NCBI RefSeq assembly: GCF_045037415.1
Contig: NZ_CP173438.1
DNA length: 64,000 nt
Direction: 5' to 3' (one strand)
Source: Escherichia coli
Lineage (GTDB): Bacteria > Pseudomonadota > Gammaproteobacteria > Enterobacterales > Enterobacteriaceae
Of this stretch, positions 35,147-44,476 are shown one piece after another; within the stretch, counting starts at the first letter, position 1; each line of letters begins with the position of its first letter. Below the pieces are notes generated by a model, which made no database searches, had not been told where the DNA came from, and was given only the letters and a program-made list of their open reading frames with translations. A program made the position numbers and the translations under genes.

Positions 35147-36646
35147 TCACATTAGACCTAAAATTTTCCACCAGGTGGCGGCAAACAGTAGCAACAACAG
35201 GTAGCCGATTACCGTCAGGTACAGTCCCACACGGGTAAACTGGCGTGGCGTGAAGGTATCCGTACCCATACACACCATATTTTGTGGCGCGTTAATCGGC
35301 AGGATGAAGCCAAAACTGACACTGAAGGCGAGCAGAATGGTCATGCCGACCGGGTTAACGCCGAGTTCTGGCGGCAGACTGCTTAACAGGCTAATCAGGA
35401 TGGGCAGCAATGCGGCAGTTAGCGCAGTGGCACTGGCAAACCCCAGGTGAATGATTATCAAGAAAGCGGCGAGAATCGCGAAGATGGCAAGTGATGGTAA
35501 ACCGTCAAGACCAAAACCTTTCACCACATAGTTCGCCATCCATGAAGCTGCCTGTGTATCAAGCAACGTGGACCCCAGGCTGATACCAATACCAAACATC
35601 AGCAACGTGCCCCACTGCACACGTTTTTCGACCTCTTTCCAGCTCATTACACCGATGCCTGGCAGCAACATAATCGCCAGTCCGGCAAGGGTGACAGAGG
35701 TGGTATCAATACTGTGTAATTTTCCGCCAGTAGACCAAAAGAGCAGTAACAACAGCGAAATACCGATCAAGCGTTTTTCTTTACCGGTGGTTGGCCCTAA
35801 CTCTGCGAGTGCTTTTTTAATGGCCTCGCTCCCCCCTTCAACAGCTTCCGTTTCTGGCGGCAACAATTTACGTGCGAGGAAATAGAGGATCACCGACATG
35901 GTGAGGCTCCAGGGCGCGCCCGCTAACAGCCAGTCAAGCCAGCTGACAGAATGCCCGGCGCCGAAAGTTTTATTGATAAAACCGATAGAAAGCAGGTTTT
36001 GCGCCGACGAAGTTTGAATACCAACGTTCCAGATACTGGTCGCCTGGGCGATAACAATCATCATTGACGCCGCTAAACGTGAATGTTTATCCACCTTAAA
36101 TGCCGCAATGACCCCCATCATAATCGGCACCACGCAAGCCGTACGGGCAGTGGCACTGGGTACGACCAGGCTCAGGACGATGGTCACCACAATGGCACCG
36201 ATAATAATGCTGCGGCTACTGGCACCTATTTTCGACATAGTAAACAGCGCAATACGTTTATCCAGCCCGGTAATGGTCATTGCCGCCGCGATAAACATTG
36301 CTGCTGCCACCAGCGCCAGAGCAGAATTAGAAAAACCCGACAGAGTCATTTTCAGCGCTTTCGCGGTGCCAAGGATCGTGTCCGGGTGATTCATATCCGG
36401 GGCAAAACCAACCATAAAGATAATCAGTGCGGAAATAACAATTGCACTGGCGGTGTAATCCATCGCTTCGCTGATCCAGACAATAATGGCAAACACCAGA
36501 ATGGCGATCATATTTTGTCCGGCGACGGGCAAGGTATCGCCCAGAGGCAGAAGAGTAATAATAATTCCGGCAATGATCGCCAACCACAGGCCGGGATTAG
36601 GGATAATTCGACGCTTTTGTGGTGCGCCATGTGATATTGATGACAT
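35147..36646 (-). CDS. DASS-family (SLC13/CitT-like) di/tricarboxylate transporter
   Basis: About 499-aa polytopic ORF with two hairpin-tip motifs (VPSATART and LPINAPQN) typical of DASS carriers. ATG 36646 is preferred because GAGGTG lies 5 nt upstream. GTG 36652 is the ORF-track start. Confidence 0.75.
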   Translation of the reverse strand: MSSISHGAPQKRRIIPNPGLWLAIIAGIIITLLPLGDTLPVAGQNMIAILVFAIIVWISEAMDYTASAIVISALIIFMVGFAPDMNHPDTILGTAKALKMTLSGFSNSALALVAAAMFIAAAMTITGLDKRIALFTMSKIGASSRSIIIGAIVVTIVLSLVVPSATARTACVVPIMMGVIAAFKVDKHSRLAASMMIVIAQATSIWNVGIQTSSAQNLLSIGFINKTFGAGHSVSWLDWLLAGAPWSLTMSVILYFLARKLLPPETEAVEGGSEAIKKALAELGPTTGKEKRLIGISLLLLLFWSTGGKLHSIDTTSVTLAGLAIMLLPGIGVMSWKEVEKRVQWGTLLMFGIGISLGSTLLDTQAASWMANYVVKGFGLDGLPSLAIFAILAAFLIIIHLGFASATALTAALLPILISLLSSLPPELGVNPVGMTILLAFSVSFGFILPINAPQNMVCMGTDTFTPRQFTRVGLYLTVIGYLLLLLFAATWWKILGLM

Positions 36647-36686
36647 ATTCACCTCATTGTGAAAAATAAAAAACCTGCCTGGCTAT

Positions 36687-36702
36687 TGCAGGAGCTATGC
36701 CA
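36687..36702 (-). promoter_or_regulatory. Sigma54 (-24/-12) promoter of the transporter and Ldh_2 operon
   Basis: The minus strand reads TGGCAT-AGCTC-CTGCA. GG and GC have the exact consensus spacing (TGGCAC-N5-TTGCW). It lies 35-40 nt upstream of the start codon. Confidence 0.75.
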
Positions 36703-36762
36703 TCTTTAATTTTTTAATAATGCTTTGTTATTTAATGATTTTATTATTTATTCTTTTTATTT

Positions 36763-36782
36763 TGTGCGCGGTTTTCCGCACA
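36763..36782. promoter_or_regulatory. Candidate enhancer (UAS) dyad for the sigma54 activator
   Basis: TGTGCG-cggttttc-CGCACA, roughly 100 bp upstream of the predicted sigma54 start site. An extremely AT-rich tract (possible bending region) separates the two. Confidence 0.35.
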
Positions 36783-36813
36783 GTAAATAAAAGGTGATTC
36801 TCTTACCACACAG

Positions 36814-36841
36814 ATAAAAAAAGGGAGCGATATGCTCCCTT
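36814..36841 (-). terminator. Intrinsic terminator after the sucD-like gene
   Basis: The minus strand reads agggagc-atat-cgctccct followed by tttttttatc, 17 nt after the stop. Confidence 0.8.
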
Positions 36842-36857
36842 GATATTCATTTATGGA

Positions 36858-37730
36858 TTACTTAATAACATTCCATAACGTTTCGCCAAGCAACGCCGGG
36901 TTTCTTGTCCATGCCATGCCTGCTTTATCGAACGCACGGAATTTATCCTCTGCACTGCCGCTACCGCCAGAAATAATGGCTCCGGCGTGTCCCATGCGTT
37001 TTCCTTTTGGTGCAGTAACACCGGCAATATAACCTACGACCGGTTTATTCATATCATGGCGAATAAATTCCGCGGCCCGTTCTTCCGCATTACCACCAAT
37101 TTCACCGATCATAATTACCGCGTCTGTTTGCGGATCATTTTCGAATAAACGCAGCGCATCAATAAAGTTAGTCCCCGGAACCGGATCGCCGCCAATACCA
37201 ATACAGGTGGATTGCCCAAGTCCCAGCGCCGTGGTTTGCGCTACAGCTTCGTAGGTTAATGTACCGGAGCGGGAAACAATCCCAATACGCCCTGGGCGGT
37301 GGATTTCACCAGGCATAATCCCGATTTTGCACTCACCCGGCGTGATAACTCCTGGGCAGTTTGGCCCAATCAGCCGCACATCCGGGTGGCAGTCAAGCAG
37401 CCGACGAACTTTCACCATATCCAGTGTCGGTACACCTTCAGTGATCACCACAACCAATTTGACGCCAGCTTCAATAGCCTCAACAACAGAATCCAGCACA
37501 AACGGTGCAGGCACATAAATCACGCTGGCATCGGCCTCAGTTTGTCGCATCGCATCTTTCATTGAATCAAAAACCGGGCGATCCAGATGCCGTTGCCCGC
37601 CCTTACCAGGCGTCACTCCACCCACAATCTGCGTGCCATACGCAATAGCCTGCTCTGTATGAAATGTGCCGTTTTTGCCGGTAATGCCCTGCACCAGTAC
37701 CCGCGTGTGTTTGTTGATCAAAACGCTCAT
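36858..37730 (-). CDS. Succinyl-CoA synthetase alpha subunit paralogue
   Basis: 290 aa. CoA-binding [21 protein letters not shown], and the phosphohistidine loop MGHAGAII. Confidence 0.9.
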   Translation of the reverse strand: MSVLINKHTRVLVQGITGKNGTFHTEQAIAYGTQIVGGVTPGKGGQRHLDRPVFDSMKDAMRQTEADASVIYVPAPFVLDSVVEAIEAGVKLVVVITEGVPTLDMVKVRRLLDCHPDVRLIGPNCPGVITPGECKIGIMPGEIHRPGRIGIVSRSGTLTYEAVAQTTALGLGQSTCIGIGGDPVPGTNFIDALRLFENDPQTDAVIMIGEIGGNAEERAAEFIRHDMNKPVVGYIAGVTAPKGKRMGHAGAIISGGSGSAEDKFRAFDKAGMAWTRNPALLGETLWNVIK

Positions 37731-37742
37731 CTTAACCTCCTG

Positions 37743-38912
37743 TTAATTCAGTAACGCAATGATGCGTTTCGCGGCATCATCCAGAGAATCGACGGCTTCC
37801 ACCGTCAGACCACTTTCTGCCAGTAACCGCTGCCCTTCGGCGGCGTTATTACCGGAGAGACGCACCACGACAGGCAGGGTGATGCTGGCCTCATTCAGAG
37901 CATGAATAATGGCTCTGGCGATCATGTCGCAACGGACAATCCCACCAAAAATATTAACCAGAATGGCTTTCACTTTGCTGTCGGAAACAATCAGCCGAAA
38001 GGCTTCACTGACGCGCTCCTGGGTTGCGCCACCGCCAACATCCAGGAAGTTTGCGGGTTGTTCACCGTATAGCTTGATGATGTCCATGGTTGCCATAGCC
38101 AGCCCTGCACCATTGACCATGCAGCCGATATTTCCGTCCAGCGAGACATAATTAAGATCAAGCTTCGCTGCCTGGCTTTCGCGTGGATCTTCCTGGGTTT
38201 CATCACGTAGCACCTGGAGTTCCGGGTGACGATACAGCGCGTTATCATCCAGCGATACTTTCGCGTCTGCACACATAAATTCGCCCGTTTCCCGCAACAC
38301 CAGAGGGTTAATTTCCAGCAGGGCAAAATCCAGTTCGTTAAAGGCTTTCCACGCCTGATTAACCAGGCGACTAAAGGCAGCAAATAGTCCGTGTTCCAGT
38401 TGCAGAACAGCAAACATTTCGCGGATATGGCAAGGCTGCACGCCTGTCAGTGGATCAATGCTGACACTGCTGATTTTCTCCGGTGTCTCATGGGCGACTT
38501 TTTCAATTTCCACACCACCTTCCGGGCTGACAATAAACGTGACCCGCTGGCTTTCACGATCCACCACCATGCCAAAATAGAGTTCCTGGCGTACCGGATA
38601 AATGTTTTCGCACAGTAAAATACTGCTGACATACTGTCCTTCTGGCCCGGTCTGATAAGTCACCAGTTGCGATCCCAACATTTGCTGTACAAAAGCCTGT
38701 GCTTCCGGCAGCTGCTTAAGCACTTTTACGCCGCCAGCTTTACCGCGCCCACCAGCATGTACCTGCGCTTTAAGTACCGCGCCTTTACTCGGGCAAGCAA
38801 TATGTTGCCAGGCATCTGCCAGTTGCGAAATCTGTTGGATAGCTATCTCTTTTGGACACGGCATCCCCATGCCAGCCAGTAACGATTTGGCCTGATACTC
38901 ATGTAAATTCAT
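37743..38912 (-). CDS. Succinyl-CoA synthetase beta subunit paralogue
   Basis: 389 aa. ATP-grasp N-terminus MNLHEYQAKSLLA and the motif NIGCMVNGAGLAMATMD. Confidence 0.9.
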   Translation of the reverse strand: MNLHEYQAKSLLAGMGMPCPKEIAIQQISQLADAWQHIACPSKGAVLKAQVHAGGRGKAGGVKVLKQLPEAQAFVQQMLGSQLVTYQTGPEGQYVSSILLCENIYPVRQELYFGMVVDRESQRVTFIVSPEGGVEIEKVAHETPEKISSVSIDPLTGVQPCHIREMFAVLQLEHGLFAAFSRLVNQAWKAFNELDFALLEINPLVLRETGEFMCADAKVSLDDNALYRHPELQVLRDETQEDPRESQAAKLDLNYVSLDGNIGCMVNGAGLAMATMDIIKLYGEQPANFLDVGGGATQERVSEAFRLIVSDSKVKAILVNIFGGIVRCDMIARAIIHALNEASITLPVVVRLSGNNAAEGQRLLAESGLTVEAVDSLDDAAKRIIALLN

Positions 38913-38933
38913 ATATTCCCTCAGTGGTGTGTG

Positions 38934-40352
38934 TTATCCGTGTAATGCTTTATTATTCAAGGCCATTGCTGCTTCGTGGATGACTTCGCTTAATGTCGGA
39001 TGCGCATGGATCGCACAGGCAATATCCTCGCCAGAGGCGCTAAAAGTCATCGCCAGCGCAATTTCATTAATCAGCTCCGATGCCTGCGGGCCAACAATCG
39101 CTCCGCCAAGTACGCGGTCAGTGTGTTTATCACTGTATAACGTGCAACGCCCACCTTCCTGGCCTAATGCTAAGGCGCGACCGTTACCGGCAAACAGAGA
39201 ATTTCCTTTGTTAAAGACTCTGCCAGCGGCTTTCAGTGAGGCCTCGTTTTCCCCTACCCACGCAACTTCCGGTTGGGTGTAAATCACCGAAGGGATCAGC
39301 GCAAAATTAATCGGCTCTACCACCAGTCCGGCAATTTGATCAGCCACCACTACACCTTCAGCCATCGCTTTATGCGCCAGCATCGGCCCTCGCACGACAT
39401 CACCAATTGCCCACAGCCCGGCTTTCCCGGTACGGCATAAGTTATCGACGGCAATACCGCCACGGTTATCGGCTTCAAGACCGAGTTGCACGAGATCGAC
39501 ACCAGAAAGTCGCGGTACACGTCCAATGGCAAGAATTAATTTATCGAAGCGGCTTTCTTCTCGCTTCTCACCCTGCCGCCAGCGCACATGCACACCGTCA
39601 TCCCGTTGTTCAATAGCCTCAATCTCTACTGCCAGTTGCATTTTCATCCCACTGGCAATCATTGCTTTACGGACTTCGTTCGACAGGCGAGCTTCCAGTG
39701 CAGGCAAGAACGTTGGCGCCATCTCCAGCAACGTGACGTCTGAACCAACCCGATTCCACACAGACCCCAGTTCAAGGCCAATCACGCCAGCGCCGATCAC
39801 ACCGAGACGCGGCGGCACTTCGCTCAATGCCAGGGCGCCACGATTGTCGAGGATCTGTTGATTATCAATGGTAACGCCAGGCAGCTGACGCGGCTGAGAA
39901 CCTGTTGCAATCACTACATTACGGGCGTGAAGGTGTTGATCGTTTACACGTAATTGCCAAATCTCATCCTGAGCACATTCTAACGTTGCGAGGCCGCACA
40001 GGTGCTTCACTTTATTTTTCTTAAACAGCAAGCTGATGCCCATTGTCAGGCGGCTTACTATGGCGTCTTTACGTTGAATCATCGCAGCTGCATTGAAAGA
40101 TACGCCGTCAACATTAACGCCATGAATGCTCGCCTCATGCTGCACTTGCGCGTACAGTTCGGAAGATTGCAGCAACGATTTTGACGGAATACAGCCGACA
40201 TTGAGACACGTACCGCCCGGCGAAGGTTCGCCCTGTGCATTAACACCATCATCAATACATACTACGGAAAGCCCATTCTGCGCAGCCCGCAGTGCCGCTA
40301 CGTAACCACCTGGCCCCCCCCCCATAACTGCCACATCAAAAATTGTACTCAT
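38934..40352 (-). CDS. Dihydrolipoyl dehydrogenase (E3) paralogue
   Basis: 472 aa. FAD fold GGGPGGY, redox disulfide GGTCLNVGCIPSK, C-terminal HAHPTLSE. Confidence 0.9.
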   Translation of the reverse strand: MSTIFDVAVMGGGPGGYVAALRAAQNGLSVVCIDDGVNAQGEPSPGGTCLNVGCIPSKSLLQSSELYAQVQHEASIHGVNVDGVSFNAAAMIQRKDAIVSRLTMGISLLFKKNKVKHLCGLATLECAQDEIWQLRVNDQHLHARNVVIATGSQPRQLPGVTIDNQQILDNRGALALSEVPPRLGVIGAGVIGLELGSVWNRVGSDVTLLEMAPTFLPALEARLSNEVRKAMIASGMKMQLAVEIEAIEQRDDGVHVRWRQGEKREESRFDKLILAIGRVPRLSGVDLVQLGLEADNRGGIAVDNLCRTGKAGLWAIGDVVRGPMLAHKAMAEGVVVADQIAGLVVEPINFALIPSVIYTQPEVAWVGENEASLKAAGRVFNKGNSLFAGNGRALALGQEGGRCTLYSDKHTDRVLGGAIVGPQASELINEIALAMTFSASGEDIACAIHAHPTLSEVIHEAAMALNNKALHG

Positions 40353-40363
40353 CGGCGCCCTCC

Positions 40364-41518
40364 TTAAAGATCCAGCAACAGTTGTTCCGGTGATTCCAGT
40401 AGCTCACGTATTGCCACCAATGTATGCACGGCTTCCTGACCATCGATAATGCGATGGTCATAGCTGAGAGCAAGGTACATCATGGGACGAATAACAACCT
40501 GACCGTTTTCTGCGACCGGGCGCGGCGTGATGGCATGCATCCCAAGAATGGCCGACTGCGGCGGGTTAATGATTGGCGTTGACATCATCGAACCAAAAGT
40601 ACCGCCGTTGGTGATAGAGAACGTGCCGCCCTGTAACGCCTCCAGCGGCAATTTGCCATTGCGTGCCTGTGTGGCGTATTCGGCAATTTGCCGTTCAATT
40701 TCCACCAAAGAGAGTGATTGCGCATTGCGTAACACAGGCACTACCAGGCCGCGGTTGCTGCTCACTGCAATGCCGATATCGCAATAATCACGCCAGATAA
40801 TCTCGTTGCCATCGACGCTGGCATTCACTACAGGGAAGCGCTCCAGCGCCCGGGTAACGGCCTTAACAAAGAAGGACATAAAGCCCAGCTTCACGCCGTG
40901 CTTCTCGGCAAAACGATCTTTCCAGCGGGCGCGTAAGTCCATCACGCTCTGCATGTTTACTTCGTTGAATGTGGTAAGAATGGCGTTATTTTGTTGGGAA
41001 GCCAGCAGACGCTCAGCAATTCGCTGACGTAAGCGCGACATCGGCTCACGACGTTCCTGACGAGCACCCGGTGTCAAGGGTTTAGCTGGCGCGATCTCCG
41101 CCACCCGTTCAGGCTGAATGGCTGGTGCAGGAGTAACGCGCTGCACATCCTCTTTCAGGATACGTCCATTTCTCCCGCTCCCCGCAACGTCAGCAAGTTC
41201 GACACCACTACGCTGTGCCTCCAGCCGTGCGGAAGGCATCGCCAGGGTTTCGGTGACTGGTGTGACGGTTTCTTCTATGACAGCTTGCGGCTTAAGATGC
41301 GCCAACAGTTGCGCGGACGTGACCGTGCTACCTTCGCTGACGATAATATTGCTTAACACGCCATCGTGCGGGGCCGGTATTTCCAGAATGACTTTATCGG
41401 TTTCCAGCTCGGCAATCACATCATCGCGTTTTACGTGCTCGCCTTCTTGTTTACACCAGGTTGTCAGCGTGCCTTCCGTGACAGATTCCGGTAATACAGG
41501 GACAGTAATTTCGATCAT
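40364..41518 (-). CDS. Dihydrolipoyllysine succinyltransferase (E2o) paralogue
   Basis: 384 aa. One lipoyl domain ([13 protein letters not shown]), a linker, and a catalytic domain with the SYDHRIIDG active site. Confidence 0.9.
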   Translation of the reverse strand: MIEITVPVLPESVTEGTLTTWCKQEGEHVKRDDVIAELETDKVILEIPAPHDGVLSNIIVSEGSTVTSAQLLAHLKPQAVIEETVTPVTETLAMPSARLEAQRSGVELADVAGSGRNGRILKEDVQRVTPAPAIQPERVAEIAPAKPLTPGARQERREPMSRLRQRIAERLLASQQNNAILTTFNEVNMQSVMDLRARWKDRFAEKHGVKLGFMSFFVKAVTRALERFPVVNASVDGNEIIWRDYCDIGIAVSSNRGLVVPVLRNAQSLSLVEIERQIAEYATQARNGKLPLEALQGGTFSITNGGTFGSMMSTPIINPPQSAILGMHAITPRPVAENGQVVIRPMMYLALSYDHRIIDGQEAVHTLVAIRELLESPEQLLLDL

Positions 41519-41550
41519 AAAATGTTCTCCTTATTATTTTTGTGCGCCTT

Positions 41551-44295
41551 TCATGGCTGAATATCTGCAAACGCAGCAGCAAGAAATTCGTCGATTTGTT
41601 GTTTATGTACACGCCCATACCCTGTCGCTGGTGCTGCCGCTGCCGGGCGGCCTGCATACTGCCAGTAAGGAGTGTTAATTTTCAGTGCCGCCAGCTCATG
41701 ACGAATCTGCCGCCACGCGCCCTGGTTTTCTGGCTCTTCCTGCAACCAAATCCATTCGCAGCAGTTCGGCCAACTCGCCAGAACATCATTCAGTTCTGCG
41801 ACCGGGAACGGGTAGAGTTGCTCCAGGCGAACAATCGCTACCTCGTCTTCATGCTCACGCTGCTTACGGGCTTCCAGTACGTCGTAATAGACCTGGCCGC
41901 TACACAAAATAACGCGCTTAACTTTCTGGGACTGATGCAATTGCGGATCGGTGATTACCGGTTTATAAGCGTCATCAGTGAATTCACAAAGCTCGCTCAT
42001 CGCGCCTTTAAACCGAAGTAAACGCTTACTCATCATTATCACTAACGGTTTGCGCATTGGGCGTAATGCCTGACCGCGCAACAAATGGAACATTTGTGCT
42101 GACTCACTGGGCATCACCACCTGCATGTTGTTTTCTGCGCACAGTTGCAGCCAGCGCTCAGGACGTGCGGAAGAGTGCTCCGGCCCTTGTCCGTCATAGC
42201 CATGCGGCAGAAGAATGGTTAAACCGCTATAGCGATCCCACTTGGTTTCGCCAGACGAGATAAATTGGTCAATAGCAACCTGAGCGCCGTTGGCAAAGTC
42301 ACCAAACTGTGCTTCCCAAATAACCAGTTGCTGAGGCGCAGACGTTGAATAGCCATATTCAAAGGCTAAGAGCGCTTCTTCATTAAGCACCGAATCATAA
42401 ACATCGAAAGATGCCTGACCAGCGCGGATATGCTGTAACGGCAGATAACGACGGGCTTCCGTTTGATGATGTACCACTGCATGGCGATGACTGAACGTGC
42501 CACGCCCTGAGTCTTCACCAGAAAGACGCACACCAACACCCGCATCCACAAGCGATGCATAGGCCAGCATTTCAGCCATTCCCCAGTCTACTGGCTGAGT
42601 ACCTGCGGCCATATCCTGGCGTAACGCCAGTTGCCGTTTAATGGTAGGATGTGCGACCACATCGGGTGGCAGTGTAGAAATGATTTCACCATACGCTGCC
42701 AGCTTTTGCCGAGGCAATGCCGTAGATACCGGGGCGCTCCAGTGAGGGTTGGTCAACCCATACCAGTTAGCGCTAAAAGAGTGAATTGCAGGTTTGAGAG
42801 GCTGCGGTTCACGTTTCTGGCAGCTATCCAGCCAGTCGCGATAGCGTGCCGTCATCTCATCTTGTTGCGCCTGAGTTAACAGGCCGCGGCGGGCAAGAGA
42901 TTCACCATAACGGGCGAGCGTACCAGGGTGAGCATCCACTGCCTGATACATTTGTGGCTGGGTAAGACGTGGCTCATCGCTTTCGTTGTGTCCGTGCTTA
43001 CGGAAGCAGCAAATATCGATGATGATGTCACGCCGGAAGGTGTCTCGCCATTCGCACGCCAGTTCCATTACCTGGCAAACAGCGTCAACGTCATCGCCAT
43101 TAACGTGGATAATTGGGGCCGCTACCATTTTGGCAATATCGGTGCAGTACCGTGAAGAACGCATATCCTGCAAGCGGGAAGTGGTGAAGCCAATCTGATT
43201 GTTAATCACCAGATGTAGCGTACCGCCAGTGCCGTAGCCCTGAGTCTGCGATAAGTTAAACGTGGTTTGGTTGACGCCGAGGCCGCCCAACGCGGAATCC
43301 CCATGAATAAGTACGCCCACCACTTTTGCCTGACCATCCTCACCACGGCGTTCCTGCCTGGCTCGCACCTGGCCCAGCACCACCGGATTCACGATCTCCA
43401 GATGTGAGGGGTTATACGCCAGCGCCACATGCAGCGAACCGGCAGGTGTTTCCAGATTGCTGGAATACCCCATGTGGTATTTCACATCGCCTGAACCACT
43501 GCCGATCGTCTGCTTGCCTTCAAACTCAGCAAAAAGCTGTGCCGGGTCTTTATTCAACAGATTAACCAGAACATTAAGTCTTCCCCGGTGCGCCATGCCA
43601 ATGACCATTTCCTCCACACCTTGCGCACGCAGGCGTTTTGTCAGCGTATCGAGCGCCGGGATTGCACTTTCGCCCCCTTCCAGAGAAAACCGTTTCTGCC
43701 CAACATAACGGGTATGCAGATAACGCTCTAACGTCTCTGCCGCCATCAGTTTTTCAAAACGAGCAATACAGGTTTGGGCATCAGCTTGTGGCGCATTGCT
43801 GCTCTCAATCCGTGATAACAACCAGTTGATTTCTTCACGATTTTCCAGATGAGCAAGTTCATAAGCCTGGCTACTGGCCCAGGCTTGCTCCAGCAGGTTA
43901 AGCAGTTGCTTAAGTGGCATTTGCGTGGTGTGTGCGCCAAAGGTGACGCTAAACTCCTGCAACAAGTCTTCTTCGCTTAATCCCCAAAAACCAGGCTGGA
44001 GGGAGGGAACGTCAGCCGGGGGATTCAAACCAAGTGGATCAAGCTTTGCGCGCAGATGCCCCTGCGTGCGCCAGGCATTGATCAGTTGTATTACCGCAGC
44101 CTGTTTTTTTAAGGTCGCACCGCTGATATTGTTATCACCGGATACGCTTTGGACAGTCAGTTCAGGTGAAAGAAAAAAACGCCGCCAGTCTTCCGGGAGT
44201 TGTTCCGGCGTACGCAACCAGGTCTGGTAGTACTCTTCAAGCCAGGTCGCGTTATCTCCACTAAGCAGCGTGCCGGGCGAGGTCATGTTCTCCAT
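41551..44295 (-). CDS. 2-oxoglutarate dehydrogenase E1 component paralogue
   Basis: 914 aa from ATG 44295 (MENMTSPGTLLSGDNATWLEEYY, SD aggaga). SucA-like throughout (HRGRLNVL, GDVKYH, LIHGD). The 41-codon upstream extension in the track runs through the promoter. Confidence 0.9.
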   Translation of the reverse strand: MENMTSPGTLLSGDNATWLEEYYQTWLRTPEQLPEDWRRFFLSPELTVQSVSGDNNISGATLKKQAAVIQLINAWRTQGHLRAKLDPLGLNPPADVPSLQPGFWGLSEEDLLQEFSVTFGAHTTQMPLKQLLNLLEQAWASSQAYELAHLENREEINWLLSRIESSNAPQADAQTCIARFEKLMAAETLERYLHTRYVGQKRFSLEGGESAIPALDTLTKRLRAQGVEEMVIGMAHRGRLNVLVNLLNKDPAQLFAEFEGKQTIGSGSGDVKYHMGYSSNLETPAGSLHVALAYNPSHLEIVNPVVLGQVRARQERRGEDGQAKVVGVLIHGDSALGGLGVNQTTFNLSQTQGYGTGGTLHLVINNQIGFTTSRLQDMRSSRYCTDIAKMVAAPIIHVNGDDVDAVCQVMELACEWRDTFRRDIIIDICCFRKHGHNESDEPRLTQPQMYQAVDAHPGTLARYGESLARRGLLTQAQQDEMTARYRDWLDSCQKREPQPLKPAIHSFSANWYGLTNPHWSAPVSTALPRQKLAAYGEIISTLPPDVVAHPTIKRQLALRQDMAAGTQPVDWGMAEMLAYASLVDAGVGVRLSGEDSGRGTFSHRHAVVHHQTEARRYLPLQHIRAGQASFDVYDSVLNEEALLAFEYGYSTSAPQQLVIWEAQFGDFANGAQVAIDQFISSGETKWDRYSGLTILLPHGYDGQGPEHSSARPERWLQLCAENNMQVVMPSESAQMFHLLRGQALRPMRKPLVIMMSKRLLRFKGAMSELCEFTDDAYKPVITDPQLHQSQKVKRVILCSGQVYYDVLEARKQREHEDEVAIVRLEQLYPFPVAELNDVLASWPNCCEWIWLQEEPENQGAWRQIRHELAALKINTPYWQYAGRPAAAAPATGYGRVHKQQIDEFLAAAFADIQP

Positions 44296-44330
44296 GTTTT
44301 TCTCCTGATGGTCATAGACAGCTGCATTAC

Positions 44331-44346
44331 TGCACAATCCGTACCA
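44331..44346 (-). promoter_or_regulatory. Sigma54 (-24/-12) promoter of the sucA-like operon
   Basis: The minus strand reads TGGTAC-GGATT-GTGCA with correct GG/GC spacing, 35 nt upstream of ATG 44295. Confidence 0.7.
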
Positions 44347-44444
44347 ACAGTTAAAAACACTAATTTTCAAAAACTTATAGAAAAGAGATGATGTAAAAGT
44401 GGGCGAAAAAAGGGACAAAATAGTAGGGAGTGGCTGGAGTCAGG

Positions 44445-44468
44445 AACAGGCGGAGAGATCCGCCTGTT
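44445..44468 (-). terminator. Hairpin after tyrB (probable terminator)
   Basis: aacaggcgg-N6-ccgcctgtt, a perfect 9-bp stem 9 nt after the tyrB stop. No U-run follows. Confidence 0.5.
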
Positions 44469-44476
44469 GATTAAAA

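Noticed and set aside
35136-35273. A 46-codon N-terminal extension of the Ldh_2 ORF, overlapping the 3' end of the transporter gene.
   Set aside because: The internal ATG 35135 has a Shine-Dalgarno sequence, lies 11 nt after the transporter stop, and begins the region of family similarity.
44296-44418. A 41-codon N-terminal extension of the sucA-like ORF (MSLFSPTFTSSLFYKFLKISVFNCWYG...).
   Set aside because: It runs through the sigma54 promoter and lacks a ribosome-binding site. ATG 44295 has AGGAGA at the ideal distance and gives a SucA-like N-terminus.
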